Of a stretch of DNA of 64,000 bases, positions 13,401 to 27,399 are shown piece by piece. A program made the translations under genes and the position numbers. Source of the stretch: Octopus sinensis (lineage: Eukaryota); assembly GCF_006345805.1 (NCBI RefSeq), contig NC_042998.1:99138001-99202000 (forward strand). Direction: 5' to 3'. The notes beneath the pieces are model-generated. The model saw nothing but the letters and a program-made list of their open reading frames with translations. It was not told where the DNA came from and did no database searches. Within the stretch, counting starts at the first letter, position 1; each line of letters begins with the position of its first letter.

Positions 13401-13945
13401 ACATACGCTCACATACGCATACACTCTCATGTACACTCACACATACACTCACATATATATACTAAGACAGACACGCACAGACATACATTCACGCACACCT
13501 CAGGGTAAACAATATTCATTATATACTTGTCAGTTATCACATATGTATATATGCATATAGATATGTGTAGATAAAGTGTTATATTGTTTTAATCCAAATG
13601 AAAATAAAAATGATCACACATACACTCACATACACATACACACTAACACATGCACTCACATACATATACTAAGACAGATACACAGACATACATTCACACA
13701 CACCTCAGGGTAAACAATATTCATTATATACTTGTCAGTCATCACAAATGTATATGTATGTGGAGATGTGCATGTGAACCAATTCTAGACTTTTGTGGTA
13801 CATCACACACACACACACACTCTCTCTCTCTCACATGTGCACATGTGTGTGTGTGTCAATCATCACAAAAATATATGTATACTCACACATACACTCTCAC
13901 ATACACTCACACACATATACTTGACAGTCATCACATATGTATATG
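13400..13945. repeat. About 205-bp CA-rich tandem repeat, probably Helitron-internal
   Basis: CACCTCAGGGTAAACAA recurs at about 12941, 13496 and 13701. Confidence 0.65.
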
Positions 13946-15273
13946 TTTTTGTATGTGGCAGATGCTCGGGAGCAATAAACACTGAAAATGCGCAGAGACC
14001 AACTTCCGCCACATTCCAGGGAGAAAAACTAGAAGTAGTTGATAGCTTCCGTTACCTAGGTGACCAAGACAGTAGTGGAGGAGGGTGCGCTAAAAGTGTA
14101 GCTGCTAGAATAAGAATAGCTTGGGCAAAGTTCAGAGAGCTCTTACCTCTGCTGGTGACAAAGGGCCTCTCGTTCAGAGTAAAAGGTAGACTGTATGATG
14201 CTTGTGTATGAACAGCCATGCTACATGGCAGTGAAACATGGGCTGTGACTGCTGAGGACATGCGTAAGCTCTCAAGAAATGAAGCCAGTATGATCCGATG
14301 TTATGTGTAATGTCAGTGTGCATACTCGACAGAGTGTTAGTACCTTGAGAGAAAAGTTGGACCTAAGAAACATCAGATGTGGTGTGCAAGAGAGACGTCT
14401 GTGCTGGTATGGTCATGTGACAAGAATGGATGAGGATAGCTGTGTGAAAAAGTGCCACACCCTAGCGGTTGAGGGAACCTGTGGAAGAGGTAGACCCAGG
14501 AAGACCTGGGATGAAGTGGTGAAACACGACCTTCGAACTTTAGGCCTCTCTAAGGAAATGACTAGTGAACGAGACTTTTGGAAATATGCTGTGCTTGAGA
14601 AGACCCAGCAAGCCAAATGAGACCATAACCTCATGGCCTATCCCAGGAGCATAATCAGCCCATTTATGCGTACCTTTTCCTTCTTTGGACACTAAACTGT
14701 GCTTGCGAAGACCTGTTGAGGCAAGTGAAATCAAAATCAAATTTGATGACTGGCATCCGTGCTAGCGGGGTGTAAAGAGCACCATACGAGTGTGATCGTT
14801 GACAGAGCGGCTAACCGGCTTCCATGCCAGTGGCACATAAAAGGCACCATATGAGTGTGATTGTTACCAGCATTGCCTTACTGGCACTAGTTCCCATGCT
14901 AGTAGGGTGCCAAGAGAACCATCTGAGTGTGATCATTGCCAGAGCGGCTAATTGGCTTCCATGCCGGTGGCACATAAAAATCACCATTCAAGCGTGATCG
15001 TTACCAGTGTTGCCTTACTGGCACCTGTGCCAGTGGCATGTGTAAAAAGATTCAAGCAAGGTCATTGCCAGTACCGCCTGACTGGCCCCTGTGCCGGTGG
15101 CACATAAAAAGCACCCACTATACTCTCGGATGGCTGGTGTTAGGAAGGGCATCCAGCTGTAAAAACTCTGCCAGATTAAGATTGGAGCCTGGTGCAGCCA
15201 TCTGGTTCACCAGTCCTCAGTCAAAATTGTCCAACCCATGCTAGCATGGAAAGCGGACGTTAAACGATGATGA
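13946..15273 (+). mobile_element. 5'-truncated young RTE LINE with full 3' UTR
   Basis: VVDSFRYLGD, RGRPRKTW, (GAT)n tail. Confidence 0.92.
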
Positions 15274-15864
15274 TATATATATATACACTTATATATATAT
15301 ATATATATATATATATGACAGGCTTCTTTCAGTTTCTGTCTACGAAATCTACTCACAAGGCTTGGGAAGCAAACTTACCACATAGCCATACCTATGCTTA
15401 TAACCATGAAGTTTAATTGTCCAGTTAAAAGGGATTAATACTACCATCTGATGCCTTGATTTCTCTAGTAGGGACTCTTGCAAATGTTCAGGCCAGGTCT
15501 GTAGTTTGAAAACACCTCTGTTCTGCTAGTCTTGGAATCCCCATAAAGTGTCATGAGCACTGCCTTTCCTCCTGATCAAAAGATAAAAAAAAAGTTCCAT
15601 TGATGATTCTAATTCTTTCTACAATAGACACAAGGCCTGAAACCTTGGTGAAACTACATTATTTTTCTTTCTTTTTTTTTTTTATACTAATAGAACGAAA
15701 GGTAAAGTTGACCTTGGCAGAATTTGAACTCAGAATGTAAAGCCAGAAGTACCACTAAGCATTTTGTCTGGTGGGCAAAAATTGGTTTTGCACCAGGAGT
15801 TCAGGGTGTTAGATAATGACTCGATTATGTAACCCTATGCTTTTCAGAGATGGCAGTTATGGAA

Positions 15865-15910
15865 TATACATATATATATATATGTGTGTGTATATATATA
15901 TATATACATA

Positions 15911-15962
<52 letters not shown>

Positions 15963-16135
15963 GTATATATATATAATATATATATATATATGTATGTAAT
16001 ATATATATATGTATGTTATATATATATATATGATGTATATATATATGTATGTATATATATATATATGTATGTATATATATATATATGTATGTATATATAT
16101 ATATATGTATGTATATATATATATATATATGTATG

Positions 16136-16198
<63 letters not shown>

Positions 16199-16211
16199 AT
16201 ATATATATATG

Positions 16212-16242
<31 letters not shown>

Positions 16243-16532
16243 GTAATATATATATATGTATATATATATATATGTATATAGATATATATATATATATATA
16301 TAATGTATATATATATATGTATGTATATATATTATATATATATGTATATATTATATATGTATATATTATATATATATGTATATATATATATAGTATATAT
16401 ATGTATATATGTATATGTATATATATGATATATATATATGTATATATGTATATGTATATATATATATGTATATATATGATATATGTATATATATATATAT
16501 GTATATATTATATATATATATGTATATATATG

Positions 16533-16618
<86 letters not shown>

Positions 16619-16708
16619 GTATATATATATGTATATATATATATATATATATGTATATTATATATATATATATGTATATATATATATGTATATAGATATA
16701 TATATATG

Positions 16709-16776
<68 letters not shown>

Positions 16777-16790
16777 ATTATATATATATG
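15865..16790. repeat. About 0.9-kb compound (TA)n/(TATG)n microsatellite
   Basis: Direct inspection; explains the YI-rich ORFs. Confidence 0.97.
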
Positions 16791-16794
16791 TGAC

Positions 16795-16945
16795 ATACTC
16801 TTTCAGTTTCCTATTACCAGATCCACTCACAACACTGGTTAACCTGGGGATATTGTAGAAGATACTTGTCCAAGGTACTGTGCAGTAGGACTGAACCTGA
16901 AACCACATGGTTGAGAAGCAAGTTTCTAGATGACATAGCTACAGC
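16795..16945 (-). mobile_element. SINE 5' part (family of 27005-27398)
   Basis: Reverse complement of the AACCATGTGGTTTCAGGTTCAGTCC..GGAAACTGAAAGA head. Confidence 0.75.
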
Positions 16946-17324
16946 TGCACCTTTCACCTGTATAAAAGTAACAATCCATTGTTCCAATGCTGCCAACAGA
17001 CACAAATCTATCCACCTTCAGTTTTCTATAATCAATAAAATAAATATAGCTACAATAAAAGAGAATGAACCATTTTGAATTTCCATTGAATTTGTGCAAT
17101 GATTGTCTGTCTTGCCAACCAGTCAGTGGCATTGTATAATATATCTATATCTATATATATATATAGCTGGAATTTACAAAAAAACAAAACAAAAGACGAA
17201 GACAGGTATGCAAACAACAAACAGATGTATTAGTTTAACACTCAGGAAGTGAGAAAGTCTTCATCATCATCATCATCATCATCATCATTTAATGTCTGTT
17301 TTCCATGCTATCATGGGTTGGATG

Positions 17325-17355
<31 letters not shown>

Positions 17356-17502
17356 ATATAGGCACAAGCATCGCTATAGGTGCAGTCTTACTGAGTGGTA
17401 CCTCAGACAAGTGTCTATTACTACAGCTTCAAGCTAACCAAAGCCTTGTGAGTGGATTTGGTAGACAAAAACTGAAAGAAGCCTTCATGTGTGTGTGTGT
17501 GT

Positions 17503-17550
<48 letters not shown>

Positions 17551-17553
<3 letters not shown>

Positions 17554-18829
17554 GGTGCAGTAAATAAATTATCGTCTAAATTACACAAAAATGAAAATAA
17601 CACTGACAGCTCATTTTAACATATATATTAATATCTTGAAATACTAAAGAGTAAATTTATTCAATAAAATCGCCATTGGCTTCAATCATAGCCTCTAGAT
17701 GACTTTGGAATCTCCTGCAGCTCTTCTGGACAGTCTCCTTGTTTAAGTTGGTCAATGCTGCCATAATCCTTCCTTTCAATTCACCTTGTTATGTTAGAAG
17801 CAGTTTTGATGGTTTCTCACTCAACTGCACCCCACACATAATAATCAAGGGGGTTACAGTCTGGGGAGTTAAGAGGCTAGATGTTAGAGGTGATGTGGTT
17901 GCAGAAATAGTCTGACAGTCATGACTGGGTTCTCCTGCTTGTGTGACATATTGCGGAGTCCTGTTGCTAGATATAGGGTCTTCCGGAGGCCGCCTTCTTT
18001 ACCCAAGGCAGCACCACCTCCTCCAGGCACTTGATGCAGGCTTCCATGTTGAGTCTGAGGCTGTGTGGAAAGATGAATGGAGGCATAACGTTGCCATCAC
18101 TAGTGATCACTCCAAACACCATGATGTTGACTGGATGTTTGACTTTTATCACTCTTAGTACATGTTTCAGGGACAAGACAAGCCAACAGTTGTTCTGTGA
18201 GTTCGCCATCTGATCCTGGCTGAAATTTTCTCAGAAAAACTAAAGCATGTTTGGTTGGAGGGGATGCTTGAATTTGTTAAAAAACTTTTCATAGCATGAT
18301 CTTTCCTTTTGTCATTGATAGTTTGGGATAAAAATTGATGCGTTCTCATCTTGTATGAGGAACACGAAATGTCTTCATGTGGTACCTGCCTGATAAGAAA
18401 CTCAGACACTCCCATATCCCTGGCAATGGACCTGATTGAGTTGGAGGGATCGTTGTCAATCATGGCCTGGATCTTACCAACAAATTCAGGAGTTCTTTTC
18501 TTATCAGAATGATCAGAGTGAGTTTTCTGAGCTTCTGTATCTTTGTAATCACCATTAGACTCATCCAACTCTTTCCAAATCCTCTGCACTGTCCTCAGAT
18601 TGACATTCAAACACTCTGAAATGTTCATATTGGAGCTTCTGGTGCGAATGCCAAACAGTACAGCATATTGTTTCCAAATTTCTGGCAGAGTGAATTGTGT
18701 CATGGTGCTGTTTTTCTCATAGACAGTGCCCAACTGACCCTACTATACTGTGTAGTCAACAAAATCAAAAACAAATAGTGCAGATGTGCAAAATTGAAAA
18801 TATAAAATGGTGACAATTTACCCATCACA

Positions 18830-18834
<5 letters not shown>
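17551..18834 (-). mobile_element. Tc1/mariner-superfamily transposon (maT/DD37D-like), full length, decayed
   Basis: Imperfect TIRs CAGGGTG.../...CACTCTG within TA runs; HTH ORF 18167-18733; KHPVNIMVFGVITSDG, QQDSA and SPDCNPLDYYVW motifs. Confidence 0.88.
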
Positions 18835-18875
<41 letters not shown>

Positions 18876-19249
18876 GTTTATATATATATGTGTATGTGTT
18901 TATATGTATGTATATATTTGTTGTGTCATTGTATCTTGACAATTATTGTTGGCGTGTTTACATATCTGTAACTTAGTGGTTTGGCAAGTGAGACCAATAC
19001 AATAAGTACCAGGCTTAAAAAGAAATAAGTACTGTGGTCAATTCATTTGATTAAAACTTTTTAAGGTGGTGCCCCTGCATGGCCACAGGCAAATGACTGA
19101 AGCAAATAAAAGGTAAAAGATATATGGTGGAAGTTGACATGTGTCTGAATACATCCACTTCTTGATATGCTGTAAATTTTAGAAGCCCACAAACAGAGGG
19201 ATGACCACAACCATGACTAGTTCCAGAATTAGACAAACTTTGTTTAAAT

Positions 19250-19555
19250 CAGTGGTTCTCAACAAGGGTCCTTGGGGCTTCATTCAAGATTTTGTTGTTA
19301 AAATTTATGTGCAGAACATTGGTTATACTTCTTAAATACCCCAAATAATTTAATTATTTTTAAATATACGGCAGTGCATCAGCATGGCCGCAGCTCTGAG
19401 CTGAAACTACAGGAAAAAAAATACAACTCCTAATAATATTTAATTATGAAAATATAATAGAATTTTTCTAAACATTAAATGGTTACGAGTGTCTACCCAA
19501 GTGAAATAGAAATGAAAGGGGGTCCATAGAAAGAAAAAATGGTTGAGAACCTCTG
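19250..19555. mobile_element. hAT (Charlie-like) MITE with an inserted short LINE-tail copy at about 19370-19420
   Basis: TIRs CAGTGGTTCTCAAC / GTTGAGAACCTCTG; flanks gtttaaat and ctttagac. Confidence 0.75.
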
Positions 19556-21561
19556 CTTTAGACCATCTTTTCTAGGTCCTTCCTGATTAATATGTGAACA
19601 GTTTTCTATCTAGAAAGGGCTGCTCAGTCACTTGAAGTGCTGGTGAATTTCTCCATTGCCATTGTTTGGAAAAATTGCATCCAGTACTCTAAGCCATTGA
19701 TGTGCGGTTTTTCAACTCCTTACTTCCAACTGGTCAAGCCTGTATGTTCCAGTACTCCCTTTTGCTGCATTACTATTCACCTTAGAGTGTTTGATAAGAA
19801 GTCCCTCTGTGTGAAATTAATTGTAGAGAATGAAGCAAGCTCAGAATTGCATTCAGTTTTCAGATGAACAGCTTTCTTCTCATTAGTCCAGCATTGGCTG
19901 GGAGGATCCTAATCCCAGCTGTTCTCAGGTTATCCTTCTCCCAAGTAGATGCTCTAATAAAAACTAAGGGTCCATCATTCCCAGGTTGTCTTGTGACACA
20001 CTCATTCACTATCAAAAGTATTTCTATATCCCTGTGCACTTGCTATGTAATCTTTTTTCGTTGTTTTTGTTCTGCTAGATTTGTAGTAATCCTTACCAGA
20101 CATTTTAGTCACTGTTGACCTAACCATGCTACAGATTGTACCAGATTACATGTTACCAGTAGTCTGGTAACATGTATGGTACACACATGCATACATTTAA
20201 AAACATCTGTAGGTGCAGGAATGGCTGTCTAGTAAGCAGCTTGCTTCCCTAGCACATTACTTCAGGTTCAGCCCCACAGTATGGCACCTTGGGCAAATAT
20301 CTCCTACTATAGTCCTGGGTCTGACACCAAAGCCTTTTGAGTGGATTTGTTATATGAAAACTGAAACTTACAAACCTGATTTTTAGTAATGGAATTAATA
20401 GTTTTCAAGCAAAATGAAAGATTTTTGAATAATCTAAGAGCTTCCCTTAAAGTGTCCATCTCAGACCTGGTTAGTTTTTTCTAATAGTGTATTCAGAATG
20501 ATCATTTACTTTTGGGTCAATAAGACAGCCAAGTCTTAATGCAGAAATATTTCATTCTATTAGTAAGAACTCTCATCAAGGCAAGTTTAGTTAGTAAGCA
20601 ACAAGTAACTGAGCAAAGCCAAGTCAAAATTGCAGCTGTTGTTGATCACCATATCCTTCTAGTTCCTATCCTGCATATTGGAAGAAATTGCTTTAATTCT
20701 AGTGAATTGTGTCATCATCATCCTCAACATCATCATCATCATTTAGTGTGTTTTCTTTGCTGACACAGATTTGATTGATTTGACAGTTCTACTGTCAGCT
20801 TTGGCATGGCTTCTACTGCTAGATGCTCTTCCTAATACTGACCACTTTACAGGATGTACTGAGTACTTTTAACATGGTACCAGCACCATTACTTCATCAA
20901 ATTCTGCTGGTCAAAACTCATTTTGGAACAATGTTCACTGGTATGCATAAGTGCAAAGTCTTTTTCCCTTCAATTGATTTAATGAGTGCACACTAGCAGA
21001 TTAGTTTGGATGAGGAGTGATAAAATATTGTGTGTGATAGATACAAATAATGGTCTTTAGTTAGTCAATAGATTTGAGAAAGGTCTGAAAAATAACAGTT
21101 CCATTTTCCAACATTATATGAAGTCTGTATTGGAGGGAATTAATTATCTATCAGGATTGCATAATCATCTTTGCAGCAACCCAAAGTTAACTGAAGAATC
21201 AATAACATGCAGTTATTGCTAGACAGAAAGGAGCCAGTGTATCAATATATCCAAATAAATGCATTAATCATGCATCCTTAACAGATTTCCTAGGAATGAA
21301 TATTTCAAGGGAATGTTTCGAGCCATCATATAATTTAATAGACAAGAACCAACAGATTAGTGTTCCTTTATCAAAATAAGTATTTGAGAAATAGTTGGGG
21401 GTAAACTAGGTATTGCTACCACTTTATGCCAAAATTTATGAACATCGTTGAGCCTCTTCTTGCTCTGAAATGGTATGTATACATTTGAGGAGCTCAAGAA
21501 AAAGTCTTTAAAAAGACAAAAGAACTTACAATATACTCTGTTTTGGTAATGTACTCTACAG

Positions 21562-21627
21562 ATCGTAAAACAACTCTAATTGTTGATACTTCTGAATTCA
21601 TAGCAGCAGGAATAATATCTCAAAAGA
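21562..21627 (+). CDS. Candidate exon (phase 1/1), RKTTLIVDTSEFIAAGIISQK
   Basis: Acceptor ctctacag, donor aga|gtgagc; phase joins exon 30958 in frame; upstream partner not found. Confidence 0.4.
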
Positions 21628-21715
21628 GTGAGCTCATAGTCTATGTTAGGCATACTCTTAATAATATTTAGAGAAATTGGAGTGGTATTGAAGGTATGGT
21701 GTGTTGTATGATTGA

Positions 21716-21932
21716 GCGGCGAGCTGGCAGAAACGTTAGCACGCCGGGTGAAATGCTTAGTGGTATTTCGTCTGCCGTTACGTTCTGAGTTCAAATTCCA
21801 CCAAGGTCGACTTTGCCTTTCATCCTTTCAGGGTCAATAAATTAAGTACCAGTTACACACTGGGGTCAATGTAATCGACTTAATCCCTTTGTCTGTCCTT
21901 GTTTGTCCCCTTGTGGGCAATAAAGAAATAAG
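21716..21932 (+). mobile_element. tRNA-derived SINE with Nin/Deu-like central domain (other copies at about 31132, 31482, 54122, 54490, 63570)
   Basis: GAGCTGGCAGAAACGTTAG..GAGTTCAAATTCC..GCCTTTCATCCTTTCAGGGTCAATAAATTAAGTACC. Confidence 0.85.
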
Positions 21933-22559
21933 AATGAGACATTTTCTCTGAATACTATCAGACATCATGGTGCAGCAGAATTATCTATCTGTGCAAACAA
22001 TTGAGTCTGCATTAAATGATTACAGTCCATTGATTGGAATATTTGATGATAACCTGCTAATGACTGTTTCCAACCATTGTGGTGAATATGATGCATGCAA
22101 ATTACTTTATCTGAGAAATTACTTGATAAATAATTAAGACTAAGTAGTGCATTCTTTTTATGAGGATGGGTCATTACAAGATGCACATTATCTGAATAAT
22201 GCTGGCAGACACACAACCTGCAAATAAAAAGGCTCAGTTGGCATCAATTGTACTAAAACTCTTAAACATCTTTCCCATCTGCTAATCAATGGGCCGATAG
22301 CATCAGATTATCCATGTCTTGTAGAGCTGTTGCTTGATGTTTGATTTGATACTCTAAAGTAATGTTTCTGATGAAACTGAGCATCATCCATTTTTCTAGT
22401 CACTACTACTATTTATCTCGAACACCTCCCGTACAGACAGCATTATTAAATTATGCTAATCCACTCTGCAATTTTAACTGTTCATGGCTGTCCTAATTGT
22501 CCATTCTTATTTTCAAACTTTTAGTTAGCCCTTGTTTTCATACATTCTAAGTAATATAA

Positions 22560-22861
22560 GTGGAGGCACATGGCCTAGTGGTTAGAGCAGCGGTTGAGGA
22601 ATCGCAGGTTCGAATCTCAGACCAGGCGATGTGTGTGTTTACGAGCGAAACTCCTAAGCTCCATGCGGCTCCAGCAAAAGGTAATGGCGAACTTCTGCTG
22701 ACTCTTTCACCACAACTTTCTCTCACTCTTTCCTTCTGCATCTTGCAGCTCACCTGTGATGGACTGGCGTCCCGTCCAGGTGAGGAACCTATATGCCAAG
22801 GAAACTGGGAAACCAGCCCTATGAGCCAGGTGTGGCTCGAAAACGAACAAACAACAACAAG
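22560..22861 (+). mobile_element. tRNA-derived SINE with (ACA)n tail (second copy at 35917-36192)
   Basis: A box TGGCCTAGTGG, B box GGTTCGAATCT; two similar copies in the window. Confidence 0.85.
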
Positions 22862-23087
22862 TAATATAAAGCTTTCCTTTCAAATGTCCCAAGTTACTCT
22901 GATAGCTGAAAATAATTGGGAACATGTATTGTATATGATGCATGGACACTAAGGAATATGTTCTGTGTACTATATGTGCTACACAGGCCAAGTAAACAGT
23001 TAATGAATAGTACAATACCATGAAATAGGAGACATAATCTGTAAATGACTCAGATGATTTATCCTTTCTAGCTGTATTTATAGTGTT

Positions 23088-23315
23088 TTAACCCTTTAGT
23101 GTTCAGATTATTCTGTCAAATGTGATGTTTGTTTATTTAAAATGGTTTGAATTAATCTTGTATTATCTTGTAGTTTAGAGATTTCAGTGATGTGATTTTT
23201 TAGTTTTAGAATGACATGGTAGGGCTGAGGTGAGAGGCAAGATCTGGTCAGTTTCAATATAAAACAGGTTAAATATTTTGGCTGGATATGGCCGGTTTGA
23301 ATGCTAAAGGATTAA
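23088..23315. mobile_element. piggyBac-type MITE
   Basis: TTAA|CCCTTTAGTGTTC ... GAATGCTAAAGGA|TTAA; multiple copies. Confidence 0.8.
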
Positions 23316-23340
23316 ACATCTGTTTATTATGAATAAATTT

Positions 23341-23630
23341 CATCATCATCATCATCATTGTTTAACATCTGTTTTCCATGCTAGCATGGATTGGACGGTT
23401 CGACTGGGGTTTGGGAAGTCAGGAGGCTCCACCAGGCTCCAGTCTGATCTGGCAGTGTTTCTACAGCTGGATGCCCTTCCTAACGCCAACCACTCTGTAA
23501 GTGTAGTGGGTGCTTTTTATGTGCCACCGCCACAGGGTCCAGAGGAAGCTGGCAACGGCCACATTCGGTTGGTGCTTTTTACATGTTACTGGCACGGGTG
23601 TCACAACTACAATTTCCATTTCCATTTGAT
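23341..23630 (-). mobile_element. RTE LINE 3' end
   Basis: (CAT)n tail and conserved terminal sequence. Confidence 0.85.
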
Positions 23631-24013
23631 TTCAATTTATCATTAATAATTTTGTGTGTGCAGTAAATAAGGTGCAAATAAAATTTGGTTCCTATTTCCG
23701 CCTCAAATCAGCTGGATAATGGTGGTGAACCACAAGACACAGTTATAACAGAAGCCTGAAGACCTGAACTTAGTCATTGTTTATACATTTTATGCAATTA
23801 GTAGATAGATGAAAAACAAAAAACATAAAAGAAAAGGAAGGTGATTATGTCGTAAAGACATGTAAAATAATGAGTCTCTCCTCTTTTGCTTTAAACTTTT
23901 GATTCAGTCATGTAAATGATCATATTTTTATTTATATTATTAATTACATTCATTTTTTTATATAAATTGAACAGAATAATACTAATATCAGGAGAAACAC
24001 ACACACACACAGA

Positions 24014-24055
<42 letters not shown>

Positions 24056-24242
24056 CACAAGTGTGACAGAGTGGTAAAAAGTTTGCCTTCCAGTCACATG
24101 GTTCTGGGTCCAGACCCACTGAGCAGTACCTTGCGTAAGTGTCTTCTACTGTAGCCCCAGATTGACCAAAGCTTTGTGAATGGATTTCATAGTAGGAAAC
24201 TGAAAGAAGTTTGTCATACAAACACACACACACATGTATATA

Positions 24243-26031
24243 CAGTAGGGGCCAAAATTAGTGAATGGAAATAAAATTTAAAGATATTCAAATTTTACTT
24301 CCTTTTCACGAATGGGATTTTATTGCATATACTTTAAAGTATGTTCATTATTTGCAATGAATTTTGTAGGAAGTGTTTAATAACTAAATGATTTATAATA
24401 GAGAAACTGTTTATTTGAAAAATACAAGATGGACAAAATTAGAAAACATCTGGTCTAAAATTCAAAGAGTAAAATCTGGCAACACTCTGACCAATGTAAA
24501 CTAAGTTGAACTAATAATGCAAAAATTTATATTGAAAAGTAGTGAATTAACAACTATGGAAAGCCAATGTAAAGTTGATGAAAGCCTCAGGAAGCAAGTA
24601 GTCACAATGAAAAAAGAAGGAATGGCAATTTCTGCTATCATTAGAGACATTAACAGATCAAAGGTTGTTCTTTCAAGAATACTGAAGCTTCATGAAGAAA
24701 CAAGTTCATTTACTATGTTAGACAAAACGAGGGAGACCACGGAACACAAGTGTTCAGCAAAGCTGTGTGATTCAGAGGCTGTTGTTAAGAGACCATTTCA
24801 ATACCACTGCAGGAATTTTTTGCTAAGTAAATCGTGATTATGGAATGAATGTGTCTCAGAAGACTGTGGCTTGTCATTTGAAGGAAGTCAGACTTCAAGC
24901 CCATTACCTTGCCACTAAACTGTTCATCAGTATGAAGAGCCAAAAAGTGAGGTTAGTCTTTGCCAATGAGCCTATACTTTGGATGGATGACAACTGGTTG
25001 TGCATGTTCTTCAGTGTTGAAAGTAAGTTCAATTTAGTTGTCTCTGATGGTAGCCAATACTTGAGACATCATAAAAGTGAAAGATTGCTCCCTAAATGCA
25101 TGAAGAAATCGGTGGAGGTTTAACCCTTTAGTGTTCAGATTACTCTGTTAAATGTAATACTTTTTCACTCAAATTGTTTTTAATTAATCATGTATTATCT
25201 TACAGTTTTCAGGTTTCAATGATGTGATTGTTTATTTTTAAAGTGTCAATGTAAGTTAAGTGTGAGAGGCTAGATATAGCCCATTTGAATATAAGACATG
25301 TAGAATATTTAGGCCGGTTTAAACACTAAAGGTTTAATGGTATAGGGAATGATTTCTGCAGCAGGTGTTAGGCTTTTGATCCAGATCCATGGTAATGTGA
25401 ATGCAGTCATATACAAAAACATTGTTCTGCAGCATGTTGTGTCAGCTCTGGGGTCATCTCCAACTCATCAGCCCATCTTTATGCAAGATAATGCACCATG
25501 TCACAATGCTAAAATAGTTAAGAGAGTGTTTGAAACTGAAAACCTTACTGTGATGCATTGGTCAGCTCAGAGCCTGGCCTTAATCCCATTGAAAACTTGT
25601 GAAAGATACTTGGTGATAAGATCAGAGAGCACTGACCTGTGGGTGTTACAATTTAGTGGGAAAAACTTCAGGAAGGATGAAATAAAATTATGTCAGAACA
25701 ATGTAAGAAATTGGGCAAATCCTGTTGACAGAGATGTGCTGAAGTCATTAAAAATAAAGGATTGTACACATCTTATCAATTTATTGTGGACTGTAAAAAT
25801 TTGTGGCAAAATTTTGATTTCTTGAATTTTATGTCATACATTCTGTCCATCTTGTATTTTTAAAATAAACATTTTTTATATTATTTAGTTATTGATCATT
25901 TCCTACAAAATTTATAGTAAATAAGGAACATATTTTAAAATATATTCAGTAAAAATCCCATTCAGAAAAATGAAGTAGAAATGTAAATATTTTTACTTTT
26001 TATTTATGTTCTCTAATTTTGACCACTAATG
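24243..26031 (+). mobile_element. Tc1-type transposon with long TIRs, decayed, interrupted by a piggyBac-type MITE at 25120-25337
   Basis: TA|CAGTAGGGGCCAAAATTAG ... CTAATTTTGACCACTAATG|TA; FFSVESKFNL, FMQDNAPCH and WSAQS motifs. Confidence 0.9.
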
Positions 26032-27004
26032 TATACACACACGTGTGTGTGTGTGCATACATTATTGTCTCATTGCCTTGACATTTAATGATAGGTATAA
26101 ACAAGGCAAGTAGTATTTCTAGTATCCCATGAAAGTATGCCTGGCCATGGGGAAATATTACCTTATTTGGAAACAGGTATAGATTAGTGACAGGAAGGGC
26201 ATCCAGCCATAGAAAATCTACCTCAATAAATTTCATCTGACTCATGCAAGCATGGAAAAGTAGACATTAAATGATGACTATTGGTATAATTGCATTAAGT
26301 TAGATGAGAGGAGGGGGGTAAAGATATAGAGGTTCCAGTAAGCCTGTAAAAGTTGTTCATAGTCAATGGATTGAGACGTTTTCTGAAAAGGTTAGTGACA
26401 ATACCATGATCTTAACCTGAGTCATCCAATTTGTTATAAGCCACATTGTTTAAACATGTATATAAGTTCTGAAAATAGCCCATTATAAGACTACTCATTA
26501 CTGCTGATATCTCAAATGTAGCTACAAATAAAACTTGTAAATATTCAGGCCTGGGTAGAAAGTTGAGGAATTCAGCTGAGATACATTGCCTTTGTGTTTT
26601 AAATGATTTGAATAATTTATAATAATCATTATAATAAAAATTGTTGAGTTGATTCACTAAGCTGAGATTTAATGAAATATATTACTAAAAAATACTTGTT
26701 AAGTCTGAAAAGGTTATGGTCTTTAATTTGGCTGGTTAATGTAATTAAGTAAAATATCTGCTGGGAAAAATTTCTTGTTTCAAACACTATGTTTTTTAAT
26801 AAGGTTATTAAATAATTTTAGGTATAGCAAGCAACAGACAGCAAACTCTTTTTCAATTATTATTGATAAATATATGCATTCAACAAAGGAGAACTTAGTT
26901 CATTGGATCAACAGCTATTTTTTGTGGTCAGTGAGGAATTTCTAGAATTTTTTGCTTGCTGTACATAAAATCTTCAACAATATTTTCAACTGTCATAGAC
27001 ATGC

Positions 27005-27398
27005 TCTGGCTGTGAGGTAAGTAGCTTGCTTACCAACCACATGGTTCCGGGTTCAGTCCCACTACGTGGCACCTTGGGCAAGTGTCTTCTACTATAGCCT
27101 CGGGCCAACCAAAGCCTTGTGAGTGGATTTCGTAGATGGAAACTGAAAGAAGCCCGTCGTATATATGTATATATATGTGTGTGTGTTTGTGTGTCTGTGT
27201 TTGTCCCCACCAACATAGCTTGACAACCGATGCTGATGTATTTACGTCCCCATAACTTAGCGGTTCGGCAAAAGATAGAATAAGTATTAGAATAAGTACT
27301 AGGCTTACAAAGAATAAGTCCTGGGGTCAATTTGCTTTTGTTTGACTAAAGGCGGTGCTCCAGCATAGCCGCAGTCAATTGACTAAAACAAGTAAAAG
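27005..27398 (+). mobile_element. Full-length tRNA-derived SINE with internal (TA/TG)n and a LINE-derived 3' tail (partial copies at about 20215, 24055, 32895, 56800, 57180, 60108)
   Basis: Head TGGCTGTGAGGTAAG..GGTTCAGTCCC; tail GGCGGTGCTCCAGCATAGCCGCAGTCAATTGACTAAAAC. Confidence 0.88.
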
Positions 27399-27399
27399 G

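Noticed and set aside
14750-15125. CRISPR-like spaced repeats
   Set aside because: Degenerate units inside a eukaryotic LINE 3' UTR, with related spacers and no cas genes
15990-16908. Long YI/IY-rich ORFs (up to 209 aa)
   Set aside because: Translation of the (TA)n microsatellite
21426-21472. Possible first coding exon (ATG...tg|gtatgt) spliced to 21562
   Set aside because: The join creates an immediate stop in the ATG frame; other frames are closed
22560-22625. tRNA gene
   Set aside because: A and B boxes are present but continue into a SINE body; no complete cloverleaf
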